DNA of 42,407 bases from Deltaproteobacteria bacterium (GTDB taxonomy: Bacteria > Desulfobacterota > GWC2-55-46 > DRQE01): assembly GCA_023134165.1 (NCBI GenBank), contig JAGLUZ010000017.1:1-42407 (forward strand), written 5' to 3'. The notes beneath the pieces are model-generated. The model was given only the letters and a program-made list of their open reading frames with translations. It was not told where the DNA came from and did not search any database. Both the position numbers and the translations under genes were made by a program. Shown here one piece after another: positions 17,344 to 27,148 of this stretch. Each line of letters starts with the position of its first letter. Position 1 is the stretch's first letter.

Positions 17344-17371
17344 GTGTCGCATAATGGATATTATGTTAAAT
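17344..17371 (+). other. dif: dif chromosome-dimer resolution site (XerC arm, 6-bp spacer, XerD arm)
   Basis: GTGTCGCATAA TGGATA TTATGTTAAAT versus E. coli dif GGTGCGCATAA TGTATA TTATGTTAAAT: 24/28 identical, XerD arm 11/11. Located in the convergent gap where gene orientation flips from + to -. Confidence 0.8.
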
Positions 17372-17412
17372 TTTAGAATAAATACCAAGTTAGTGTTTAT
17401 TCTTGGTTTTAG

Positions 17413-18339
17413 CTATCCCCTTGGGTGAAATTTGTTATGAAGTTTTCGAAGTCTTTCTTTTGTGACGTGAGTATAAATCTGCGTTGCAGAAATATCAGCG
17501 TGACCAAGCATCTCTTGAACTGCTCGAAGGTCTGCTCCTCGCTCTAAAAGATGGGTTGCAAAACTGTGACGAAGAATGTGCGGCTTAACCTTGGCTCTAT
17601 TAATTTTGGCTTTGACCGCATATTTTTTTAGAATATGCCAAAAATTTTGCCTAGTCATGGACTTACCCCTTGAGGTTAAAAAAAGCTCCATTGAGTTAAC
17701 TGAACCTTGAAACGCCTCCCTGCTCTCCTCCATGTACCTGACAACCCAAACCATAGCCTCCTCTCCAAAAGGCACTATACGCTCTTTTGAGCCTTTACCG
17801 AGTGTTTTTAAGCAACCCGTCTGAAGATTCAAATCATTTAATTTAAGCGAGGTTAGCTCTGAAACCCTAAGGCCCGTAGCATACATTACCTCAATCATGG
17901 CTCTGTCACGCAGACCATTTCTGGTGGAAACATCTGGAGCGTAAATTAAATCCAAGACCTCAGCGGTGCTTAAAAATTCAGGGAGACGTTTCTCAAGTTT
18001 TGGAATCTCAATTAGGGCAGTCGGCAGAGTCGATATAAGATCTCTCTTTAAGAGGCTTCGATAAAATCCTCTAACAACAACAAGGTGTCTTGCCATGGTA
18101 CGCGTGCTGAGGCTGGTTTTTTTCAGGAAAGCGAGAAATTTTCTAATCTCATCTGGTGTGACACTGATTAGGGTTGAGCCTATTTGCGTGATAAATTTAT
18201 TAAATTTATTTAGATCTCGCTCGTAGGATTCGCAGGTATTCTTTGAAAGCCCTTTCTCAGTGATAATAGAATTAATGTACTCTACTACGAGTTGAGCCCT
18301 ATCAATTTGTTTTTTCATTCTCTTCAGCTTCACCTTCAA
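17413..18339 (-). CDS. xerD: tyrosine recombinase XerD
   Basis: Strong similarity to E. coli XerD blocks (LRDRAMIEVMYATGLRVSEL, MTRQNFWHILKKYA, HILRHSFATHLLERGADLRAVQEMLGHADISATQIYTHV, ERLRKLHNKFHPRG). Overlaps the glnD 3' end by 38 nt. Confidence 0.9.
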   Translation of the reverse strand: MKVKLKRMKKQIDRAQLVVEYINSIITEKGLSKNTCESYERDLNKFNKFITQIGSTLISVTPDEIRKFLAFLKKTSLSTRTMARHLVVVRGFYRSLLKRDLISTLPTALIEIPKLEKRLPEFLSTAEVLDLIYAPDVSTRNGLRDRAMIEVMYATGLRVSELTSLKLNDLNLQTGCLKTLGKGSKERIVPFGEEAMVWVVRYMEESREAFQGSVNSMELFLTSRGKSMTRQNFWHILKKYAVKAKINRAKVKPHILRHSFATHLLERGADLRAVQEMLGHADISATQIYTHVTKERLRKLHNKFHPRG

Positions 18340-20962
18340 TGATATTTGAAAGGCGTAACTTTAAGGAATCAAGTCGCTCTTCAAAGAAAACTTTTTGACC
18401 AAAGATATCACTGATATAAAATATGTCTGCTGCCTCGTCGCCTTTGGTTGATATCTTTGCAAGATGAATATAAAAACCCGCCTCTGTTAGAGAAGAGCTA
18501 ATGTCATAAAGCAGGCCAAGTTTATCTGGCGCGTGAATCTCTAGGACGGTGAAATCTATGGAGACTTCATTATCAATTAAGATGCGAGTTGGAACTTTTG
18601 GTTTTGGTTTATTATCAAGGATTGAAGGCTTAAGTGAGCGTACTAGTTTTTCTACCCTTACCTTTGAAGTGATTACGTCCTCTAAATCTGAGGCAACTTT
18701 TTTAATTTTTCGCTCAGATGTGACAAGTTTTCCATAAATATTTTCAACCTGGAGCACGTCAATGGTTATCCCATTTTTTAGAGTATTTATCTGCGCACCA
18801 AGAATGTTAATTGAATTTGCTGTTAGCACACCGCATATCATCGCAAAGAGACCGTGAGTATCTGAGGTACATATTACGAGTTCAGTATACCCTCGCTCTA
18901 CAACTTGTGTGGTCTCTATGACTAGAACATTATTTTTTAGTTTTGAAAAAATTCTTGTGTGTTCATAAATTTTCTCTACTTCTGTATTTAGATAATACCT
19001 AGCTGGGAGTGAATCAAAGAAATCATTTATTATTACTGGAGTAATCTCTTCCTTTAAATCTTCAAAGATATTTTTCCTTATTATTTTTACTCTCTCAGTT
19101 GTATCTTCAATATTAAAGTGTCCTCGCTCAAGAACCCCTGCGGCTTTAAAATATAATTCCTCAAATAGGGATTTTTTCCAGTCAGTCCAAACGTCTGGGC
19201 CAACGGCACGCACATCAGCAAAGGTCAGGATAAAAAGATGATCAAGATGTTTTTTAGAACCAACTTTTTTTGCAAATTCTATAATTAATTTTTCATCATG
19301 CAGGTCTCTATACTGAGCGGTATCAGCAAGGATTAAATGTTCACGTACAAGAAAGGTAACCATCTCTTCGCCTTCTTTTGAAAGTCCAAGACGCCTTGCA
19401 ATATCAGGTATAAGTTTTGACCCTCGAAGTGCATGCCCTTTTCCAAGTGCTTTACCAACGTCATGGAAAAGTACACCGAGCCTTAGCGGGGCAAGATCCT
19501 TTATAGAAGAAATTATCTCATAAAGTAGCGGGAACTCTTCACGGTATTCGCTTGCCAGTCTATCAACTTCACGAAGAGCAAAAAGTGTGTGGGCATCAAC
19601 TGTGTATACGTGATAGCGGTCATGCTGAACCTTACAGCGAATCGCCGCATACTCTGGGAGATATTTTCCAAGAAGACGAACCTCATCAATCTTTGACATT
19701 GTTCTGTAAATCTTTGGGGCTCGAAGAATTTTAAGAAACGACTCTGCACTTTTTTTTGATTCACGAAACTTGTCTGTATTACCCTCAAGCGCATTAAGGA
19801 CAAGATCCATCGTGAGATCATCTAAATCAATTTCATATTCAGTGAAAAGCGTAAAGGCCTCCATCGCAAGGAAAGGGGAATCTTCAAAAATATTTTCATC
19901 ACTCACTGATAATTTTCCCTCAGAGATTAGAAAACCACCTTCAAGTTCCTTAACTTTTCGCCCCTTCAAGGGGGTATCAACATGAAGCGTCCTACTTATT
20001 ATTAAAGCAGATAGTCGCCTTACGATATAAGCGTTTCTGTAATACTCTTGCATGAATAATTCAACGGCAAGTCCGCGTTCTGATTCTTTAAAACCAAATA
20101 AAAAAGCAATCCTTTCTTGTTCCTCAAAGGTTAATTGATCATTTTTTTTCTTACTATTAAAATGTAGTTCATTTCTAATTCTATGGAGAAAGTCAACAGC
20201 ACCTGATAGTTTTATTTGTTTTGCTTTTGAGATTATATTTGATTTCAAGGGATCTACATCTTGCCCGAACTTGAGCTTAGTTACCCAAAGAGCGAGGTGA
20301 AAATCACGTAGTCCCCCCTCGCCTTCTTTTACATTTGGCTCTAAAATATAGACAGTCCCACCGTATTTTTCGTGACGAAGAGAGTTCTCAATAAGTTTAT
20401 CCTTAATAAATTTTGCGTGTGCTTTTTTTGCAAATATTTTTTTCTCAAGAGTACTCGTAAGTTTTCTGTAAAGCTTCTCGTCTCCAGTAAGTAGACGGGT
20501 ATCAAGGAGAGCTGTCATTGTTTTAAGATCTGAGCGAGCGATACTAAGAGAGTCAGCAATATTCCTAATTGAAAAACCAACATCAAGGCCAGAGTCCCAG
20601 AGAATGTAGAGTATTTTTTTTGTAAATTCTTCAAGATCGGTCGACAATCTTCCCTCATACAAGAGCATCAAGTCTAGGTCGGAGCGAACATTTAATTTGC
20701 CCCGTCCGTAACCACCAAGGGATATTAGAGATGTTTTTTTTATACAGGAAATGTTTTTTGAAATTATAGAGTAGAGCAAGATAAGAAGATCGTCAATTGT
20801 TTTGGTATGCTTGAAGGTAATCTCTAAACCAGCCTTTGACCTAAGGTGAACTTCACGTAGCTCAGTTTCAGATTCAAATAAGTACTCTTTAACAACTGTG
20901 GTTAAAGACGTGCTTGAGTTATCAGCATTTTTTAGTGCTTTTTCTAATTCATTTTTATCCAT
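18302..20962 (-). CDS. glnD: [protein-PII] uridylyltransferase / uridylyl-removing enzyme
   Basis: 886 aa: nucleotidyltransferase (GGYGRGKLNVRSDLDL), HD domain (LFHDVGK), two C-terminal ACT-like domains. Confidence 0.9.
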   Translation of the reverse strand: MDKNELEKALKNADNSSTSLTTVVKEYLFESETELREVHLRSKAGLEITFKHTKTIDDLLILLYSIISKNISCIKKTSLISLGGYGRGKLNVRSDLDLMLLYEGRLSTDLEEFTKKILYILWDSGLDVGFSIRNIADSLSIARSDLKTMTALLDTRLLTGDEKLYRKLTSTLEKKIFAKKAHAKFIKDKLIENSLRHEKYGGTVYILEPNVKEGEGGLRDFHLALWVTKLKFGQDVDPLKSNIISKAKQIKLSGAVDFLHRIRNELHFNSKKKNDQLTFEEQERIAFLFGFKESERGLAVELFMQEYYRNAYIVRRLSALIISRTLHVDTPLKGRKVKELEGGFLISEGKLSVSDENIFEDSPFLAMEAFTLFTEYEIDLDDLTMDLVLNALEGNTDKFRESKKSAESFLKILRAPKIYRTMSKIDEVRLLGKYLPEYAAIRCKVQHDRYHVYTVDAHTLFALREVDRLASEYREEFPLLYEIISSIKDLAPLRLGVLFHDVGKALGKGHALRGSKLIPDIARRLGLSKEGEEMVTFLVREHLILADTAQYRDLHDEKLIIEFAKKVGSKKHLDHLFILTFADVRAVGPDVWTDWKKSLFEELYFKAAGVLERGHFNIEDTTERVKIIRKNIFEDLKEEITPVIINDFFDSLPARYYLNTEVEKIYEHTRIFSKLKNNVLVIETTQVVERGYTELVICTSDTHGLFAMICGVLTANSINILGAQINTLKNGITIDVLQVENIYGKLVTSERKIKKVASDLEDVITSKVRVEKLVRSLKPSILDNKPKPKVPTRILIDNEVSIDFTVLEIHAPDKLGLLYDISSSLTEAGFYIHLAKISTKGDEAADIFYISDIFGQKVFFEERLDSLKLRLSNIIEGEAEENEKTN

Positions 20963-20980
20963 AACAAGTAACTAAGAAAG

Positions 20981-22255
20981 TTACAATCCCTCACCTTTGT
21001 CGTAACTAATTATCGCCTGAGCTATGGCCTCAGCAATGTCATCAATATATTTATTTGTCCGAAGTCTTTTCTCTGACTTAGGGTTGCTGATAAAAGAGGT
21101 CTCTACAAGGACGCTTGGCATATTGGATTTAACGAGTACATAAAAAAGTGCCTCTTTAACTCCGTTGCTTTTTATCCCGGAGTATTTTTTTGAGAGCCTC
21201 TTTGCAAGTCTATCCTGAATAAGATTTGCAACTCTAATGGAACCATTACGGTTTGTTGTATTCATCATACTGCTAAGTATGCTTTGTAGGATATCGCTGC
21301 TTTTACTAATCTCTTCTATGGTAGAAAAATTTTCTCTGGCAGAGACCCGAAGCGCTTCCTTATCTTTTGCTTTTCCAAGGTAGTAGGTCTCAACCCCTGA
21401 GGCCTTTCTATTTGGACTTGCATTGACGTGGATTGAAACAAAGAGATCTGCATCCTTACTATTTGCAATTGCAGTTCTTTCATCAAGCGGGATAAAAACG
21501 TCTTTTGTTCTTGTTAAGATTATTTTTGCTTTAAGTTTTTTTGAGAGTTTTTTCTTAACTTTTTTTGCAATCTTAAGGGTTACGTCCTTCTCAAAAAGTT
21601 TGCGTTTTCCTACAGCACCAGGATCCTTACCACCGTGCCCTGGGTCTAAGACAATTATATTTAAACCACTTGAAGAGGATTTTATAGCTTTTGCTTTTTG
21701 ATCAATTATTTTTTTAGCTTTTTCTTTTTTTTCTTTTACCTTTTCTGGAGTTTTTATTTCAACCTTTGAAGTGGAGGTTTTCTTGCCAGTCCCTGTAACG
21801 TCAATAACAATTCTAAATGGGTTTGTTAGAGGAAATACTGTAAAATCCTCAAGAGTTTCAATATCGAGAACAACACGAACAGTACTTGTATCAAATTGTC
21901 CAGTACGAATATTCTTTAGTAAACCGTCATTTACAGGGATTGCCCTTGAGACCCCCTCACCGATAAACGCACCTTTGATATCAACATAAAGGCGACGAGG
22001 TTTATTCATTGAGGTGTCTTTATTTAAAAGTTTGTATTTAAATTCTGCTTTTTCTTTAAGGTCTAAAACAACGCGAGTGTAATTTGGCCCAGAACGATGC
22101 CTTATATCTTTAAGCTCAATTTTCCCACTTTTTCCGTCAACAATGCTTGCCGGAGTTATAAAGAACCCTGCAATTACTAGAAGGACTACACGAAAGATAA
22201 GAGAATTTAGAAAAGTTCTTTTTGTGGTAATAATATCAAGAAGAGAAGTAAACAA
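20981..22255 (-). CDS. N-acetylmuramoyl-L-alanine amidase with N-terminal AMIN domain (AmiC-like)
   Basis: AMIN-like (YTRVVLDL...RVVLDI), Lys-rich linker, Amidase_3 motifs (VLDPGHGGKDPGA, SIHVNA, ETSFISN). Confidence 0.88.
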   Translation of the reverse strand: MFTSLLDIITTKRTFLNSLIFRVVLLVIAGFFITPASIVDGKSGKIELKDIRHRSGPNYTRVVLDLKEKAEFKYKLLNKDTSMNKPRRLYVDIKGAFIGEGVSRAIPVNDGLLKNIRTGQFDTSTVRVVLDIETLEDFTVFPLTNPFRIVIDVTGTGKKTSTSKVEIKTPEKVKEKKEKAKKIIDQKAKAIKSSSSGLNIIVLDPGHGGKDPGAVGKRKLFEKDVTLKIAKKVKKKLSKKLKAKIILTRTKDVFIPLDERTAIANSKDADLFVSIHVNASPNRKASGVETYYLGKAKDKEALRVSARENFSTIEEISKSSDILQSILSSMMNTTNRNGSIRVANLIQDRLAKRLSKKYSGIKSNGVKEALFYVLVKSNMPSVLVETSFISNPKSEKRLRTNKYIDDIAEAIAQAIISYDKGEGL

Positions 22256-22256
22256 T

Positions 22257-24890
22257 TTATAGTTCCTCTGAAAGTTTTTTTATTTTATTTAAAACCATTA
22301 GTGCTTCTATCGGTGTCATTTCGTCTGGGTTAATATTTTTAAGTTCTTTACGTAGTGGCTCAAGTTTTTCTAAATTTTCAGAGCCACCTCCAAGCAGATG
22401 TGGCAAATTCAATTGAGGTGTTTTATCACCAACTCCAGATTTGTGTTTGGCTAATACCGGCTCCCCTGTTGCAGAGAACTCACCGTCCTCTAGATTCTTA
22501 AGTATCTCATCAGCACGGTTAATTACAGGATCGGGGATTCCAGCTAGTTTTGCAACTTGAATTCCGTAGCTCCTGCTTGCTCCACCGGGAGCAACTTTTC
22601 TAAGAAAGTGGACTTTCCCATCCCACTCTTTGACCATCATATTATAGTTTTTGACTCCTGTCTTTGTCAAGGTTATGTCAGTTAATTCGTGGTAATGAGT
22701 TGCAAAAAGGGTTCTAGAGCGAAGCCTCGCACTGTCGTGAATGAATTCAGTTACAGCCCAAGCAATGCTTAGGCCGTCAAAGGTCGAGGTGCCGCGACCA
22801 ATCTCATCAAGAATAAGAAGGCTTCTCTCTGTTGCATTATTTAAAATATTAGCGGTCTCATTCATCTCAACCATAAAAGTACTCTGCCCTTTTGATATAT
22901 CATCTGAGGCACCAACGCGAGAGAATATTCTATCGACTACTCCGATGGTTGCATTTTTTGCAGGAACAAAAGAACCTATCTGAGCCATGAGAACGATTAG
23001 TGCGGCCTGGCGAATGAAGGTGGATTTTCCAGCCATATTCGGGCCAGTTAAAATAATTATAAGGTGATCTTTTTTATCTAAGGTAATATCGTTTGGAACA
23101 AACTCGTCCTCAATAGTGCTTTCAATTACTGGGTGACGCCCTTCAATAATATTTATTGACTCGCCGTCATTAACAATTGGCTTGACGTATCCTCGCCCCT
23201 CACTGACAGTGGCTAGAGATATCAGCACATCAAGGAGAGCGATAGACCTTGCTGTCATTTGTACGCGTTCAATATAGAGAAGTGCATCCTCACGAAGACG
23301 CGAAAAAATCTCTGCTTCAAGTGCCTTTGACTTTTCTTCTGCACCAAGAATTTTTGTCTCCCATTCCTTTAGCTCAGGGGTTATAAATCTTTCAGAATTA
23401 ACGAGCGTTTGTTTTCCAATATAGTGCATCGGGACTTTTGAGCAGTGCGCTTTTGTAACCTCTATATAAAAACCAAAGACTCTATTGAAGCCAACCTTAA
23501 GAGAATTTATTCCTGTCTCCTCACGTTCTTTGGTCTCCAAGCGTGCGATAAATTCCTTTCCTCCGTCACCGATATCTCTAAGCTCATCGAGTGCAGGAGA
23601 AAAACCCTCACGAATAAAACCACCGTCCCTGATATGTATTGGTGCTGAGTCCTTTAAAGTACTTTCAATTAAAGAGGTTAGATCCTCTAGCGGGTCAAGC
23701 ACATCAGTTTCGTCTTTAATAAGTTTGGAGGAAAAAAGAGAGGCACTTTGAATTAAATTTGGAATATTTTTTAGTGAATTTTTAAGCGAGATCATATCAC
23801 GAGGCATAGCTGAGCCTATGGCAACCCTGCTTATGAGTCTCTCAAGATCGTAAATATCTGAGAGAATTACAGAGGTCTTCAAACGCTCCTCTCTTTTATC
23901 GATGAACTCTTCAACGGATTGAAGGCGAAGATTAATCTCACTACTAATAATTAAAGGACGATTTACCCAAGTAGTAAGAAGTCTTGTTCCCATTGGAGTT
24001 TTTGTGCGGTCAAGAAGATCAAGGAGTGTCCCCTCCTTTGTAAGTGTTCGTGCGTTTTGAATTAATTCAAGATTTTTTTGAGTAGAACTATCAAGAACCA
24101 TATGATCGTCAGGATGATAAGGGATGCACTTCGTGATGTGCTTTAAATCCGCTCTATTTGTCTCTGTAATATAGCGAAGGATTGCACCAGCGGCCTTAAC
24201 TCCTGCATTAGAATCACCACAACCGAAACCATCAAGTGAGTTTATTCCAAAATGCGTTTTTAAAAAATCTTCAGATCTTGAAAAATCAAAATCAAAAGAA
24301 GGGAGTACTGTAATATTTTTTTTATTTATTCCAATATTAAAAAGGCTAGGTATTTTTTTCTCATCCTCGTCACTTAATAAAAGTTCAGAAGGCCTAATGG
24401 TTTTTATCTCATTTAAGGTTGCCTCTTCACTATCAAGTTCTGTTAATTTAAACTCACCAGTTGATACGTCCATGTATGCAAAGCCGCATTTTTTTTTATC
24501 CCAAATCACAGCACCAATAAAATTATTATCAGTTGATGATAGGAATTCGTCTTCAGTTAGGTTGCCTAGAGTGATAATCTTTGCAACCTCCCTTTGGATA
24601 AGTGCTGTTGGATTTGTTGAGTCCTTAATCTGCTCACAGAGAGCAACTTTGTATCCAGCATTAACTAGTTTTGAAATATAATTAGTTGCGGCGTGAAAAG
24701 GAATTCCACACATTGGAATTTTTTTTGCTTTATCCCTAGATGTAAGAGCAATATTTAAAATCCTTGAAGAGAGCTTGGCGTCTTCAAAGAACATCTCATA
24801 GAAATCACCCATTCGAAAAAATACAATAGCATCCTTATGACGCTCTTTTATCTCTAGGTACTGTCTCATTGCTGGTGTTAAGTTACTCAT
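22257..24890 (-). CDS. mutS: DNA mismatch repair protein MutS
   Basis: N-terminal TPAMRQYLEIK...FFRMGDFYEMFF, Walker A GPNMAGKST, DEIGRGTST, 877 aa. Confidence 0.97.
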   Translation of the reverse strand: MSNLTPAMRQYLEIKERHKDAIVFFRMGDFYEMFFEDAKLSSRILNIALTSRDKAKKIPMCGIPFHAATNYISKLVNAGYKVALCEQIKDSTNPTALIQREVAKIITLGNLTEDEFLSSTDNNFIGAVIWDKKKCGFAYMDVSTGEFKLTELDSEEATLNEIKTIRPSELLLSDEDEKKIPSLFNIGINKKNITVLPSFDFDFSRSEDFLKTHFGINSLDGFGCGDSNAGVKAAGAILRYITETNRADLKHITKCIPYHPDDHMVLDSSTQKNLELIQNARTLTKEGTLLDLLDRTKTPMGTRLLTTWVNRPLIISSEINLRLQSVEEFIDKREERLKTSVILSDIYDLERLISRVAIGSAMPRDMISLKNSLKNIPNLIQSASLFSSKLIKDETDVLDPLEDLTSLIESTLKDSAPIHIRDGGFIREGFSPALDELRDIGDGGKEFIARLETKEREETGINSLKVGFNRVFGFYIEVTKAHCSKVPMHYIGKQTLVNSERFITPELKEWETKILGAEEKSKALEAEIFSRLREDALLYIERVQMTARSIALLDVLISLATVSEGRGYVKPIVNDGESINIIEGRHPVIESTIEDEFVPNDITLDKKDHLIIILTGPNMAGKSTFIRQAALIVLMAQIGSFVPAKNATIGVVDRIFSRVGASDDISKGQSTFMVEMNETANILNNATERSLLILDEIGRGTSTFDGLSIAWAVTEFIHDSARLRSRTLFATHYHELTDITLTKTGVKNYNMMVKEWDGKVHFLRKVAPGGASRSYGIQVAKLAGIPDPVINRADEILKNLEDGEFSATGEPVLAKHKSGVGDKTPQLNLPHLLGGGSENLEKLEPLRKELKNINPDEMTPIEALMVLNKIKKLSEEL

Positions 24891-24898
24891 ATTTTTTT

Positions 24899-27133
24899 TT
24901 ATACCATCCAGTTATGAAGTTCAAAATCCTTACCCGGTACTTCCACTAAAATCTCCCCTGTTTCTGGCCAACGGGTTGATGTAGATTTTTTATCATTGCT
25001 ACTATTAACTTCAACAAAAAAACGAACCTCATCACCTTCCAAGAGACCAAGCCTGAAAAAATCCAGGCCAATTTCTATTACACTACCAAGAGCAAGGTTG
25101 TTTATTTTTTCTTTTTTCTGAGGGGTCTTATCTTTCTTATTTAAGATTACAAAATCACCCTTAATGTTTTTATCTTTAATAGTTACTTTTGCTTTCGACG
25201 GTATTGGTTTAATAATATTAATAGTTAGGTCTAACTCGTCTATAAAGGGTAGAAAATTTTTAGAAAAATCTAGTCTGAAAAAAAGTGAGCTCAGGTTAAA
25301 GCCATAAATAATTCTTTCTATAAGAGGTAAGACCTCGTCTGTCTCTAGAGTTGAGACTTTGTGCATTGCTCCACCCTGAGCGTGTGTTGTAACTGGCAAA
25401 GCATAGAGCCATTCAAAATAACTAGTTACTTCACCATCAAAGACGGGGTTTATAAATGCAAATGGGATTTTTTTATCTATGTGAGTTTCTTTAATCCGAA
25501 GAATTGGTGAGTTTAGAGCAATTGGTTTTTCTTTACCAATTAGTTCGTATATTTTTTTTAAATGGCCTCTAAGTAATAAATCAAACTCAAGGCTCGTAGC
25601 AGTAATGTGATCGTCACCGTACCACCAAAACCAATCGCTCCCCTCAGCTGTATATAGTCTTCTCCATGCTTCTTGAATTTTTTTTATATTTTTTTTTGTT
25701 GTTGCCTCATATTCAAGAATACTTTTTCGTGCTTCTGCAATTAAATCCCACGCATTATTTTCCTCTTTACCTCCAATCCAAATACCAAAATTATGATTTA
25801 TCCAAGAACCAGAGAAAATTTTATCAATTTTTTTAAGTGGTGGTGCGTCCTTTAAAAACTCACTAACGGTGACGCAATCAAAACGAGTATCTTCACTTAG
25901 GCGAGAATAAAGAGTATTTAAAAATTCATGACCATCGTCTTTAAAAGTCTCCCACACGTTTTCACCGTCAAGGATAATACTGACGAGGTGTTCACTTGGT
26001 TTTTTTAATTTGTCCCGAATCTTTGACAACCGAGATAAAAAATCATCTACTGCTTTTTGAGCGTCCCAGCTGGCATACTCAAAACCAATTAAATCGCTAA
26101 GGAGGTGATCTCTAAAAATAATATTTATTTTTTTCTCACCGAAAACAATCTCATACGGCTCGTAGAGACAAGTATCTATACAGTTACCGTCGCTATCACG
26201 TTTAAAGGAACGACCAATAGATTTCGAAAGTATTTCCTCATCAGTTGCAACCCACTGAATCCCCTCACCTGCGATGAGCGAGAGCGAATTAGGACTAACA
26301 GAACCCTCTGAGGGCCAAAGCCCTTTTGGCCGAAGACCAAAAGTTTCTTCGTGAAGTTTAAGTCCCATCTGTAACTGAGTAAGAGCGTCATCTGAAAACT
26401 CAAGCCTATTTTTTGGAAGAGTAACAGAGGCATCCCCCTCTTTTGCAGAATAACTATCACAAAGTAGGGGCATTATCGGGTGAAAATATGGAGAAGTTGT
26501 AAGCTCCACAGTCCCTCTCTCAGAAAGTTCCCTGTACTTTGGTAGTATTTTTTTTGTTATCTCAAGTTGCTTTTTTAGTACAAGGATTTTTTCTTCTTTT
26601 GTAAAACCACGTTCTTTTTTTAATAAAAAAAGAAGTTCTTTATCCTTGTCACGAATTGAAGGGTCAATCCATGCGAGGTTAAAGAGAAGCTGTAAGTCTT
26701 GGTAGTCGTCATCTAAAAAAAATCTAACAGTCTCTTTTAAGTCTAGAGGATTATTTGAAAGCCCTCTTTTTTTTAAGAGCTCCCAGTACCGAGGAAGAGG
26801 CTTAATCATATTATCTATGTTTGCTTGAAAAAAATAGGTGAGAAGGAAAAGCTTTTCATCCTTTGTCATCACCTCTGGGTCTTTTAAGGAGAGCTCTCGG
26901 TAGCGGTCTTTGAAATTCCCAGAAGAGTAGTCATTTATTTGTTCGATGAGAGACGGAACCAGATTGAAGGTTTGGTGGATTAGAGGATAATCATCAAGTA
27001 TCGCAATCATGTCATAGTAATCTTTGGTTGCGTGGAGAAGGGTCCAAGGCAAGATGTATTCCTCAGTCAGCGGATCTTTGTAGACCGGCTGATGCATGTG
27101 CCAAAGAAAAGCTATCTTTAAGGAATCTTCCAT
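24899..27133 (-). CDS. glycoside hydrolase family 57 protein (alpha-amylase / glucan-processing)
   Basis: N-terminal LWHMHQPVYKDP...LPWTLLHATKDYYDM signature of GH57; 744 aa with a C-terminal extension. Confidence 0.8.
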   Translation of the reverse strand: MEDSLKIAFLWHMHQPVYKDPLTEEYILPWTLLHATKDYYDMIAILDDYPLIHQTFNLVPSLIEQINDYSSGNFKDRYRELSLKDPEVMTKDEKLFLLTYFFQANIDNMIKPLPRYWELLKKRGLSNNPLDLKETVRFFLDDDYQDLQLLFNLAWIDPSIRDKDKELLFLLKKERGFTKEEKILVLKKQLEITKKILPKYRELSERGTVELTTSPYFHPIMPLLCDSYSAKEGDASVTLPKNRLEFSDDALTQLQMGLKLHEETFGLRPKGLWPSEGSVSPNSLSLIAGEGIQWVATDEEILSKSIGRSFKRDSDGNCIDTCLYEPYEIVFGEKKINIIFRDHLLSDLIGFEYASWDAQKAVDDFLSRLSKIRDKLKKPSEHLVSIILDGENVWETFKDDGHEFLNTLYSRLSEDTRFDCVTVSEFLKDAPPLKKIDKIFSGSWINHNFGIWIGGKEENNAWDLIAEARKSILEYEATTKKNIKKIQEAWRRLYTAEGSDWFWWYGDDHITATSLEFDLLLRGHLKKIYELIGKEKPIALNSPILRIKETHIDKKIPFAFINPVFDGEVTSYFEWLYALPVTTHAQGGAMHKVSTLETDEVLPLIERIIYGFNLSSLFFRLDFSKNFLPFIDELDLTINIIKPIPSKAKVTIKDKNIKGDFVILNKKDKTPQKKEKINNLALGSVIEIGLDFFRLGLLEGDEVRFFVEVNSSNDKKSTSTRWPETGEILVEVPGKDFELHNWMV

Positions 27134-27148
27134 TTTTCAAACTTAAAA

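Noticed and set aside
17253-17412. Possibility of an IMEX (Xer-exploiting integrative element) at dif
   Set aside because: Integration would create a second dif-like site. I scanned the intergenic regions around the ankyrin array, the tRNA and the sRNA candidate for TTATGTTAAAT or ATTTAACATAA-like arms. Only a 7-nt partial (TTATGTT at about 16695) turned up.
17413-18339. Tyrosine recombinase about 1 kb from a tRNA gene, a possible integrase marking a genomic island or prophage
   Set aside because: The sequence is colinear with housekeeping XerD, including its C-terminal ERLRKLHxxxHPR block. It overlaps the 3' end of glnD in an operon-like arrangement and sits beside dif. I found no direct repeat of the tRNA 3' end anywhere in the window and no phage or IS genes.
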